A stretch of DNA of 62,902 nucleotides, filler included, from Phoronis australis (Eukaryota > Animalia > Phoronida): the NCBI GenBank assembly GCA_002633005.1. It is 6 parts of 6 records of this genome, joined end to end, with 100 filler letters (N's around TTAATTAATTAA, not from the genome) between each part and the next. Parts side by side here need not be neighbours in the genome. Positions count along the whole stretch, not along the records: positions 7,706 to 39,682 come from NMRA01000058.1; 5 more parts are not named here. The stretch is one strand, 5' to 3'. Below, one piece after another: positions 24,870-36,453 of this stretch. A program made the position numbers and the translations under genes. Every line of letters begins with the position of its first letter. Position 1 is the first letter of the stretch. A model generated the notes under the pieces. The model saw only the letters and a program-made list of their open reading frames with translations, did no database searches and was not told the DNA's origin.

Positions 24870-24951
24870 GAGCTGGATTTTGAAAATGCGACCTGGGATT
24901 TTGGCTAGGTCGCAAAATGCGACCTGGCGATTTTAATAGCATCGACCCCTG
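24870..24951. mobile_element. Probable right end of a hAT-type non-autonomous element
   Basis: Ends TAGCATCGACCCCTG (reverse complement CAGGGGTCGATGCTA, a CAGGG-type hAT terminus) with subterminal AAAATGCGACCTGG repeats and an AGGTCGCA...TGCGACCT palindrome. Left end not seen, possibly in the gap. Confidence 0.45.
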
Positions 24952-27900
24952 CTGAATTGTTTCGAGACGTATGAGTTGTTCATAACTCCATGTGCATATA
25001 TGCATGTTTCATTTGATTTTATTTCCTGTATTTTGAAAGGAGTAACTTTTTGTGGGGATGTACTGTCTCCCCTGTTTGCCTGCGGCATCTAGGGCGATGT
25101 ACCGGTAATTGCCCATGGTTGTGTATGCTTATGTCTGTGTTCGTAGTACTTCTTGGTTAGCTCCTGATTTTGAAATCTTATACCATTACAGGTCAATAAT
25201 TTGCAAGTTTCACTTGCCTCATCCTTCACCCAGCCTAAAATGCGGTTGGGGGGGGGCAAATTTTTTGATATGTTTACTTTTACTAAAAAAAACAGGGTAT
25301 GTTCAGAGCTGTGCACTGCATTCCCGAATTACAGATTTTTTGTGGACTCATGTCTCATTTTCCCAGACTTTTTGTTTCTATGAAACTGACCTTTTTTCCC
25401 ACTTTGGCTAGTGGGGGCTGAGCCCTCCCCCCTTGGGTGCATGCATGTGCCTGGCTCTCAAAAATAGGAATCATCAATGTAATTCTATTATATTGCCTAT
25501 TTTGAGTGATTGCTCAGGTTTGTAGGGAAGATCTAGTTTATTGAATGCAAAAGGACATTGCGATGCCGCTTCTAGTTCCCTAACTGGAATACCCTCCACC
25601 CCTAGCTCATGCGGAGCCGTACCGCCTGGCCTGCCATGCACGGACATCTGTGTTCCACGGGGCAAGATAAAAACCTTAATTAGCTACCCGGCCCTGAATG
25701 AGTGAAATTCCTGTGACAAAAGAGATTAAAAATACTTCGTCATGCTCCTAACACTGCAATATTTTCCCATCGCTAACAATGAGCTCATTGACTAAAATTC
25801 ACTACACTCCCCCGTTCCGGTTTGAGGCGTGGAATTTTTATATTTGAACAACAGAGGTATATATTGTAAGTTTGTTTTTGTGAGGTTTGAAAATACTTTC
25901 CTTTATAATTGAAAATCAAAGCCAGTTTAGCAAGTGATCATCGAGTCATGGCGACTACAGGATGGGGAATTACCGATACTTTGCCGGTTATTGTGTCCTG
26001 GCAGCAAAATCAAACACAGGTGTGGAGCTCACTGTTTTGAGACAAAACTTGTTTTTGCTTTGTCGAAACATTGCCGTATGTTGATGTTTTTTTTCTATTC
26101 CTCCCAACTTGTTAGTTTTAAATATTTTTCAAACTGGTTTTCATCATTTTATTTTTAAAACACCCGTCTACTTTGCTTTGTTTCTTTCCGGATTGCAGTC
26201 TTTTGATTTTGTTTTTAATCTTTAAGTGCCAAAACAGTCCGAGATTTTAATCATCACCTGTTGCCCACCAACCCACCTCATCTATTGCTTGAATTTTCTT
26301 ACTACTGACTTTGAAGCTAAAGGTAGGTGTTACTCCTCAAACAAAATAGTTGACATGACTGGGTGATGAGTGCTGTCTTAAAAGCCATTAACATCTACTT
26401 TGCTCATCGTTTGTTGTTTTTATTTGTCGTAATTTTTTTAATTGTATACTAAAAGGGTGAACCATGTGATTTTGTTAATTATGATCAGCATTAATCCTCT
26501 GAGTATGTCAATACACATGATTGTTTCTCTTCAATCTGTAACCAATGTTTGCGATTTTTAGCTTATTAGCCATTGATTTTTAAAAATCTAAAACCATACT
26601 GTGTTGCTTTTTACAGCTGAATACTCCTATAATGTCTACTTTCACCGAATATTGTTTGTTTTTGCATTTTGAAAATTCTCAGAGTGAGTATGCACTGGCT
26701 GAGATATTTACTACAGCTTACTGACACAAAACCGAGTCTCGCTCGCACCAGACGACGCAGTCATCACAACTGTGTCAGTCTCTGGCACTGCGTACTCTTT
26801 GATTGTGATGAAAACCGCTCAGAGCCCAGCTGAAGAACCAGCAGTGAAAATTCTTTAGATATGCATGTTTTCCTTGTAAGCAAAATATTCAGGGCATAGT
26901 AAAGTCATTGAAAAATAAAAACTGCAGGGCCAATACTTAAATTGCGAATTCGAAATATAGCACATGCACCCATTTCTTGTGATTTTTTGTTGAAATAAGT
27001 TAAATGATGATGAACAACAAGCTGGTGGTAAATAAAAACTTCAATAACTGATATGTACAACTGCGTCATTTCAGTGATGAAAAATTCTGTTATTCAGTCA
27101 TAATTGCGTTTCTCTGAAGCTAGTGTTTTAATTATTCATGTTCATACTTCATTCCCTACTCCTAATCCCCATGCATTTGCATGACTTTGTACAGCACAGT
27201 CTTAGGGAGAGCTGTCTGAAACTGGAAACTTTCACTTGAATGATCAAGACTGAGGCAAAAAATTTTTGTTGTGATTAGTGTTGTTTATTGATTGATAATC
27301 AATGTAAGCTGCAGCTTACTGGCGTCCCTATAGCTTTCGTCCTGCGGAAACGACTGAAAACTGAATTGTGAACAATGTTTTACATTGCTAAACTCAGACT
27401 AGGCACAGGCAGCTGATGACTGAGCATTAGACAATGACCTTACTGAAGTACCAAGGCTGCCTTGCACCATCCCAAGAAGTCACCTAAACTGCAAGTCTAT
27501 GTAAGACTGAGATCATCGTGTATTGCTACTGAAGCATGCAATCACACTAGCTGTGGTTACTAGTGTCTTTGGTGTACCTTCTTTTCGTGTCTAACAAGAG
27601 ATGACTGTTCTTTCTAAGAAAGTAGAGCTCTTTTGCAATTCACTTGTTAGAAGCTACTATGTTATGTTAACTCTGTAATAACAATAACATAGGCATTAAC
27701 TTTTTACACTGCCAAACTGTCATGGCACCAGATGATCGGCAGTTTGCATACATGCAACGGAGACGAGATGGAAGTTGCATGCAGGAAGGTGGAGTACACA
27801 TGCGCAAAGCTGCAAATTGCTGGAGTCAAAGTTCATTATTGTTGTTGTTCAGTGCTACTTATAAATTACCCCTAATGAATGTAATTTGTGATGTCAAGTT

Positions 27901-28940
27901 TTGCTTCAATGAATTTGTTTGGTCAGGTGATTAGCACTTTCATCAGTAGTATACATATACCTAGGTCAGCACTTAACCCCAGACTTGATTGTTACAAGTT
28001 TTTTTATCAAACAGGTATCGTCACTGTCAATTTTGCTTCACCTGCTTATTGATGACAGTTTCGGTTTGCATTTTGTTAGGTGATTCTGACTTTAACTGAT
28101 GATTCTGTCGGGAAATTTTTGTGGATGACATAAAATTTGGCTGGTGGGGGTTTGCATGAGTCGCCTAATGTGAGTTGACTGAAATCTTTGCTTGCATTTT
28201 CAGGTCTTAAATTTTGACTTGCAGTTCGTTATGTTGAAGGCTGATTTTGCCTGCGTAGTTCATGGTCTTAGCACTGAGCATGTATTATTTATGTCACTTC
28301 CATTAGGATCTCCCTTTGAGGCTTTTGTTCTCTTGCTTCTCCTGGGAGTTTGCCATGGAACAGAAGTGCCAACTCCTGTTATGAAGATAGTGATTACATG
28401 CCATAACTGAAAATGTACAGAACAGTCTTGGGTACTCTGAAGGTGAGCATATTATTTTTTCAGAGATTTTTAGAAAAATGAACTTTATTGCTGTGTTAGT
28501 ATATTGAAAACTATGTTGAAGATTGAAATGAAGTTTGACAATGTTTTGTAACAATTATAAATTTTATTTTCTTCGAAAATCTTTATTCATTACTGAAAGT
28601 TCCCTTTACTGGACATTAACTTAAAAATAAGTGATAAATCATTTGACTGTATGATACTAAATTATGTTCTTGCGATTTTATCGCAAGCTGGTTTTGACAC
28701 TGGCCAATGCAGAATTTAGTGTCTCCTTGAAATGTAAAAGCTGCTGAAACGATCCTTGTGCTTCCCAATTTGAACTTTTGTGTTCTTTCCACACCCTGCA
28801 ATTAGCTTCCTCATAAAGGTTTAGAACTACTTGATAATCTATCATACCTACTGATTCCTATACAAATGTTAGCAAATCTGCTAACTGCAGAATTTTGCTT
28901 ATTTGAATACTATAATTAAATTATTAAACGGAGTTTAGTC

Positions 28941-30975
28941 TTATTACTCTGCGCGTGCAAGCACAGAGTACTGTTCCCGGGTTTTCTTCAATTTTTTATT
29001 ATTCTGGGCGTGTAAGTGCAGAGTACTGTTCCTGGGTTTTCTTCAATTTTATTACCTTATTTATTTATTTATTATTGTGATATTTAAAATGAGGGTGGCC
29101 TCTTCTGTGATAGCACTGCTTTCCAAGAGGGCCCTCAACAAGAAAAACAGTAATATAATACAATGAAGTAATAAAACAACAATGAAATATATGTAACAAA
29201 GATACAATTAAAACAGGTTGAGAATTAAAACATTAACTAAATGACGAGTAATGGTAAAAAGTTAACTAAGACAGATGAAATAAATTAAGAGATTACTCTA
29301 GACAGTGAGAGTATTTACGACAATGAAAAAATGACATGATTAAGACAGGCAGGGTATAAAAGGTTAGGTAAATTACAGCCACTTTTTAATATTTTCTTTA
29401 AAGGTAGTGATTGAATTGGACCGTTTATTTTCTGGGCTAAGAGAATAAGAGAATTCCATATTATAGCAGCTGCATAGATAAAAGATCTCTTGCCCATCTC
29501 GGTTTTATTTTTTTTAGAAGAAACATTGCCAGCAACAGAAGAACGTGTAGAATATACAGCCTGACTGCTATTGAATTTACTACTGAGATATGCTGGAGCC
29601 AAGTCATTGATACATCTGTACATAAACAGGCAGAGAGATATTTCTTTGTCTTACTTTCATAAATCCCAGCTTGGAATACAAGTCGTCAACCCTAGTGTCC
29701 CTAATTCTAGTACCCAGGATAGCTCTGGTGGCTCTATTTTGGATTACTTAGACTTTGCTGACAAGTGTATCACTAGTGTGCCCCCAAACCGGTAAACAAT
29801 AATCAATATGAGGCTGAATAATAGAATGGTAAAGGGTCTTAAGAGTATTGACATTAAGAAATTTGCCTAGACATTTAAGTACACTGATTTTCTTTGATAA
29901 TTTCTTTGTGTTATGATCTGTGTGCATATTAAATTTAAAATTGGGATCTAAAATAAGGCCCAAGTACTTAAACTTGTCAACATTCTCGATGGGAGAACCG
30001 TTGATAGAAACCGATAGTTTTTGTTGTTTTAATTTCTGGTGGGTTCCAAACAGCATGGACTTGGAGTGAGTTTATTTTGAATCAGCCAGTCATGGATAAG
30101 GGCTAGCTCATCGCTGAGAGAAGTTTCGAGTTCTTTTACTGATCCAGCTTTGATTCTCTGCTCGTCCAAGCGCAGAGTTTTGCTGTTCTATGTATCTTCA
30201 TATTCTTATTCTTCTTATTACTCTGCGCGTGTTTTCTTCAATTTTATTCTTATTCTTATTCTTCTTCCGACCAACTTTGAGGCTTAATAACTCCAAAATA
30301 GGTGCAGGTATGTTCTTTAAATTCTGCATGTGATTTTTGGCAGTACATAAATTTTGATTCGTTATATAATCATATTCCATATTGCACCGGAAGAGGTCAT
30401 TTGGTGCAAAGGTCATGTAATTTTCAAAATGCTACTCCTTCATTTTTAAAGCTATTTTTTTTCAAATTCGGTAATTTAAAAAATTACTTTTCTAAGTAAT
30501 AGGTTCATCCAATCAGGTGAAATAGGTCAAAGGTCATTGAGTGCAAACTAAAATTTTGAGCTAGAGATTTCAGAACTACGTATCTGTTTACTAAGTGCGA
30601 TTGAGTTTGAATTCTAAATTTTCGGGTCATTTGGTGTACCCATGGGGTCATTAGGTGCATTTTTCTTCTTAAAGTTTGACCACTTCATTCATCTTGTATT
30701 CTGAAGTGCTTAAAGTAAAACATCTGTGATTATTAGCATTAACCACACTTTTAATCGAGTTAGCAATTACTCCCTCATCGGAGCTCATAATGCACCGGAA
30801 GAGGTCAATTAGTGGAAAGGTCATCAAAAAATTAATATGTAATTTCTCCTACAATTTTAAAGAATTCCTTTTCATATTGGTAAACGGGTTGCTGTCAGTA
30901 ACTTCCCATAATAATTCCAGTAATAAGCACGCGCAGAGTCCGTTATTGTCACGTTGTGACAATAATCTTTCTAGT
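28941..30975 (+). mobile_element. Helentron/HINE-like non-autonomous rolling-circle element, interrupted by a LINE
   Basis: 5' subTIR ACTCTGCGCGTG (28946) with adjacent inverted CACAGAGT; (ATTCTT)n tracts at 30200-30265; 3' subTIR CACGCGCAGAGT (30928-30939); perfect 10-bp hairpin TTATTGTCAC-gtt-GTGACAATAA (30943-30965); CTAGT end. Confidence 0.72.
29057..30150 (-). mobile_element. 5'-truncated, frameshifted CR1/L2-group (Crack/Daphne-like) LINE
   Basis: ORF pieces MLFGTHQKLK..KFKYLGLILD..LYHSIIQPHIDYCLPVWG and MYRCINDLAPAYL..YSTRS..GKRSFIYAAAIIWNSL; 3' stem-loop and (AATA)n tail. Confidence 0.88.
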
Positions 30976-31084
30976 TCTTCCTATTCTTCCTTCCTTTTCA
31001 GAATGTTATCACTTTCACATTCATTAGTTAACAACAATCATATTCAGAATCCTTGATAAGATGATCTAGAGGTTTTTATTAATT

Positions 31085-32100
31085 ATATTTTTTTGACCCA
31101 AAGTGCACCGGAATGACCCAAAACTGGTCAAGGAGTGCATTTCATAAAAGTGCTTCTTTTGCATGGTTCTTAGATAGACTCTTCGAATTTTGTTAACGAG
31201 TAGGCACTAGAGAATTACATCCGAAATTTACTTGGAATTCCAATCCGATCAAGGGAGCCGAGTTTCCGGGTCAAAGGTCATTAAGTGCAAATGTGATTTT
31301 CAAGCTAGATCTTTCATAATCATGCATATGATTGCCATTCATGAAGGAAATTTAATCACAAACTTTGGGGTCACTAGGCGCAACTTTGGGGTCGTTTAGT
31401 GCAGTTTTCTGTTTAAGTTAAGACTTTTTCAATAAGCTTGTACTTAAACGATGCAATAAGGAGAGCGTTCATATTCATGGTCGTTCTACCAATTGCCAAC
31501 CAAATTCTATTGATCACTTGGATTTGACTCAGAATGCACCGCAGTGACCCGAAATGAGTCAAGGAGTGCATTCCGTCAAATTGCTTCTACTTCTACAGGT
31601 TTTTAGATAGACTCTTTGAATTTCGTTAACAAGTAGGTACTAGAGATCTGCAACCGAAATTTACTTGGAATTGCAATCGGATTAAGAGGATCCAAGTTTC
31701 TGGGTCAAAGGTCATTAAGTGCAAAAGTGATTTTTGAGCTAGACTTTTCATAATCATGCATATTATTACCATTCAAAAACTATGTTTAGTCACAAACTTT
31801 GGGGTACTAGGTGCAACTTTGGGGTCATTAAGCGCAGTTTTCTGTTAAATTTAAGACATTTTCAATCATCTTGTACTTAAATGATGCATTAAAGAGAGTG
31901 TTCATATTCATGGTGGTTCAACCAAATGGCAATCAAATTAGTATGATCACGTGGATTTGACTCAAAATGCTCCGGAATGACCCAAAACGGGTAAAGGAAA
32001 GCATTCCGTCAAATTGCTTCTTATTCAGGTTTTTAGAAAGACTCTCCAAATTTTGATAACAAGCAGGCACTAGAGAAGTGCATCCAACTTTACTTGAAAT
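31085..32100 (+). repeat. ~432-bp tandem repeat (~2.3 copies), Helentron-type core with GGTCAAAGGTCA motifs
   Basis: gac(c/t)ca..tgc(a/t)cc...gaccc..aa...aagga..gcatt anchors at ~31095, ~31526 and ~31959. Confidence 0.8.
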
Positions 32101-32555
32101 TTAAAGGAGAATGCCACCCAATTTAATTAGTCTTTTTTACCGTCTTAATGGGTCTATATCCTCATCGCCTCTTATACGGTCGACCTCACCTTGCCGAGAG
32201 GTGTCGCGTTAACCTGTGAGGAAGGTGAAAAACGACGCAGCAACGTCAGTGGTTCGTCTGCAGAGTGAATGCCGCTGTATTGCGGTGCATTGTTCCCGCT
32301 TGTCTGAACTACGAAGCTGCAAAGAAAGCGGGTACATCATTTTTTCGACTTCCTCGAGAGCCCGAAATGCTTAGGAAGTGGCTCGCGGTAGTGAAGAATG
32401 AAAGTTACGCTGTTAATAGCAAGTATGAGGCCGTGAAACATCTTCGTGTCTGTGGCCAGCATTTCGTCGACAGTGATTTCTCTGTCGAAATTCCGGCTTA
32501 CCAAAGAACTATTCATATCTTCCGTTGCCTGTTCATGTTCACAGCGCCTCTCTAG
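32101..32555 (+). mobile_element. Left end and THAP domain of a Kolobok-like DNA transposon; right end not found
   Basis: TTAA|AGGAGAATGCCACCC terminus. ORF 32265-32555 has the THAP C2CH signature CIVPAC...FFRLP...KWL...RVCGQHFVDSDF. Confidence 0.7.
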
Positions 32556-32896
32556 TATTTCTTGATCAGTGTATTGCTCTTGACTAAGTCGGGATTGGTG
32601 CCGGGCGAGTTGCCATGTACTGAGACGTTTAGTATTCTGTGTTCTGTTTCAAAATGAATTATTCTCATCCTAACCAATGCTTATATAAAACTGAAACAAA
32701 GTCCGTCTCATTAGATACAGTTTGCAATGTCTTTGTAGTAATCGTGAGTGCAAATGTTGAGAAGCCAGCAATGAATAAACCCCTGCGTTACCAACTTTTG
32801 ACGCCGGCAGGCACCGAGGCCGTGTGAGCGCATGCTAATTTAGTGTTTGCTGGCAGAAACTGTTGTGAAACAACTTGATTTCCGTACCACGGCCAG

Positions 32897-34284
32897 GGCC
32901 CGGTCTCCAATCTCCGTACTCAGACTCGAATCATGCTCAAACTCACACTTCATACTCAACTCGAGTACAGACTCAGCTTTGGTGTATTCAATGTCATACT
33001 CGAAAAATCTGTACTCGAAATTTCGAGCACGTACTCAGTTTTCGAGTGTACTCGAACTGAAGTGTATCTCATCTATATTTCGAGTACGATTTTGAGTAAA
33101 AATTTGGAGTCTATGCTCAAATTTCAAGTTTGGTATGGCAGTGTGCTTGAAATCGTACTCGAAAATAAATACGAGCCAGAGAACAAAATATCGAAAAGGA
33201 ACCAAGAAACACAGCAAATCTAAAAAAATAAATCCTCTTACCGTATCTCAGCACTTCAACTTCAGTTCAGAGATAATAGTTTTCATCTTAAATCTTCTTA
33301 TTCTTCACCTTATTAATCCGCCGTATCACTGTATGTTACGGCAGCCATTCTACTTCTACAATTCCTGGCAACAGGCCTCAATGTAATCCCTTGTCGGCGA
33401 GTCGTAACAAGCGTCGAAAGCAGTTGTGGGAAAAGTCGCGTGAGAAGTTTGTGCTGCCCTTATTTCGGTATGTGTGCCTACGTTTTGTAGGGTTTCCAAA
33501 GGACGAGGAGGGGAGGGAAGTTAAAAAAAGTTCGCTTCCCTGTCAGGTACATTTCTCATCATAACTTAGTCATCTATAATTCCTCAATCCCCAAATGGAA
33601 TTCCAGACTTTGTTTGCCGATTTCTAAGTAGACGTCTCGTCCCGTTCACTGCCACTGGTGAACTCTGAATGCCTGCACAAGTATTGTTTTTTAACTCACG
33701 TGCCAAATGTCAACTCACTTGATACATCCCGGTAAAATACAAAGATACAGTATCAAAGTTTGACATCAGCGTAGGCCTACACAGCAATGGGTTTTATGTC
33801 AAGACTAAATTAGCAACAGAGATGTGATGTGATAAGCTGTTACAAATTTCTGACGACATTTTCGGGACTGGGTGAGGAACTCAAGAAGTAAAGCTTAATA
33901 ATTGCCAAATGTATCAAAGAAATGGCATAAGAATATTTATTGAAACTAAAAACTGAATAACAGTTACAGAACACTCAGAATTCCACGTTATAGACATACT
34001 GTTGTAGTTGTAGCGACAGCAGACGATAATGTAGGCCTAGTTCTTGGGGTGGTCTATTCCAATAGGAAGCGATGAATCAGCGCGGCTTTGCGTGATTTTG
34101 CATTTCACATCATAAAGAGTTCCATAGCAACTCGAGTATGAGTGTCAGATTTGAGTACGTTTGGAGTCTACTCGAAATAAGACATTAGATACGCTTTTTT
34201 GAGTACGACTCCAGTGAGCACGATTTTGAGTATGAAATCTCGAGTATGAGTATGAGTCTGAGTACGGAGATTGGAGACCGGGCC
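32897..34284. mobile_element. PIF/Harbinger-type non-autonomous element with 31-bp perfect TIRs and CAG TSD
   Basis: GGCCCGGTCTCCAATCTCCGTACTCAGACTC and its exact inverse. CAG at 32894-32896 and 34285-34287. Subterminal TACTCGA/TCGAGTA repeats. Confidence 0.88.
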
Positions 34285-34959
34285 CAGGTGTTTGGGTAAT
34301 CTTTATTTACATTTACATTACTCAAATAATGATTGTCAATGTTTAACTTTTGCCCTGGAGGTGCTGTGGCCAAAGTGGAACCTGAATTCGCAGCCCCCGA
34401 CGAGTAAATAGATTTGCAGTTTCGTGGCTCATTCACCAACATAATCACGTGCACATTACTTTGGCTCACTAGTATAGTATTTTCTTGACTGAACTTTGGC
34501 TGGTTTATGTTCGTGATGTCTGATCAGTTTCCGAGCCACTGGCCGGGATAAGGGCGGGGTCGATCAGGCCGGCCGCGATCGGGCTCCGAGCCACTGGCCA
34601 GGATAACGAGTATTTTGTGTTTAGAACTCAAAGTCACAAATCTAAACAACACAGATCTAGGTTCTCCTGTCTGTATCTCACGGAAAATACTTTGAAATTA
34701 TCTCCGAACAGACCCCAAACTCCTTTGTTGCCGGCATCAAAAGCCAGTAAAGCAGTAGTTTATTCATTGCTGTCGCAAGGCATTACAAATTATATCTTGA
34801 GACAGACTTTGTTTCAGTTTCATATAAGCATTGGTTAGGATCATTTTAGAGTGAGAATAATTCATTTTGAAACAGAACGCAGAATAATAAACGGTTACAT
34901 GGAAACTAGCCTGCCGCCAATCCTGACTTAGTCAAGAGCTCATCCGACAAAGACTTCAC

Positions 34960-35830
34960 GGGTCAGATCGTTAGGTTTCACAGGCTATCAGTTCAAACCG
35001 CAAGATCAAAAGTCCTCAAGGGATTTCCATAAAATTTGGCAGATTAGGCATCTATTAGTGAGGCAATGCTAGCCATTCATTTTCGGATTGATTCAAGGTA
35101 TTTTGCACCACGTAGTGGCTATTTTTGTTGTTTTCGAGTCTGTTTTTTGGCATCCATCCCTCTGTCAACGAAACCACTCTAAGGAATGATTGTGAAAATT
35201 GGCATGTATCTTCATATTATGAAGAGGACGGTTGACGATGATTTTACAATGACTTTGACCACTGTGGTGCCTCCTAGTGGTATTTTTTTAGCCCATACCT
35301 GTATCGCCTAAAGCCTTCTGCAAGATTGTTATTAAATTGAGCACCTGCATTTATACGAAGTTAACAGCAGAAGACCACGAATTTCAAATGGATCCGATGA
35401 ATACTGCTCCCTTACTGGCAACTTTTTGGTTGCCTCTATTTCTCTGAATTTCCTCGACGAATTTTTATGAAATTTGATAAATAGCTTTCTTTTAAAGAAA
35501 CAATGACATTTTCGGGTTTTTTGAGGGATTCGATGTATTTTGTGCCATCTAGTGGCCATTTTTACTGTTTTCTAGTTTGTTTGTGGCGTCCGTGCTCTGT
35601 CAATCAAACCACTCTTAGGATGATTTTGAAAATTGGCTTTGCGTGAAAAGGCGGTTGACGATGATTTTCCGACTTCAATTACTGTGGCGCCTCCTAGTGG
35701 CAGTTTTGTTTTTTTGCGCCCTTAGCTGTATCTCCTAAGCCCTCTGCAGTATCTTTATTAAATTTAGCAAGTGTATTTCTATAAAGTTGGCAACGGAAGA
35801 CAACTTTCAGACAGATCTTCATGTGAGCCC
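34960..35830 (-). repeat. Dispersed repeat of ~140-160 bp subunits (higher order ~440 bp); same family as 52480-53300 and 57100-57640
   Basis: 35490-35560 is the reverse complement of 52487-52560 (aaatggccactagatggcacaaaatac..aaaatgtca..tttcttt). Internal repeat between ~35100 and ~35540. Confidence 0.78.
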
Positions 35831-36453
35831 AACTTAAGGGAATTTTCTCAATTCTTATACATTGACCGAAGATTGTTAAAGCTAAATCCACATATTGGCA
35901 TAATTACATTATCAACACTCTAACATGTAATGGAAATGTAGTAATGATTAGCTTCTTTAAAACTACCATTTCCACTTGATATTGATGTATGTATAATTTA
36001 CTGGTCGCTAATGGAATTAGATCTCAGACCAGAATGCACTTAGGCCATGCCCCTGCAAACCTAGTCCAACTCAGAAAATATGGCATACATTGCATAACAG
36101 CTGATTCTTTTCGATATGGTCCCAATGATATTTTGCCTAAACTGTTCCTGGTATGGAGCCACACAATTATCAAAGGCCCTGGGGAAAATTACCTGTTATA
36201 TATTACAACACGTTGGGTTTCCAACTCAGGGAGAAGAGTGTTTCATAAAAATTTTATGTCCTCATGCAAAAGCTATTCCTGAGACCAGCATAAAGCATAA
36301 TATGAGAGTTTCAAATGAATCCAATTGGATGTGTCTTAGATATGGTGTTGTGCAGTTAGTCAAATTTGGACACTTTTCTTCGTCCTACATAACCTTAATC
36401 CTTAATCTTTTTCAGTCAATTTCTGAACTTTGGTATCAGTTTGTCATAATATA

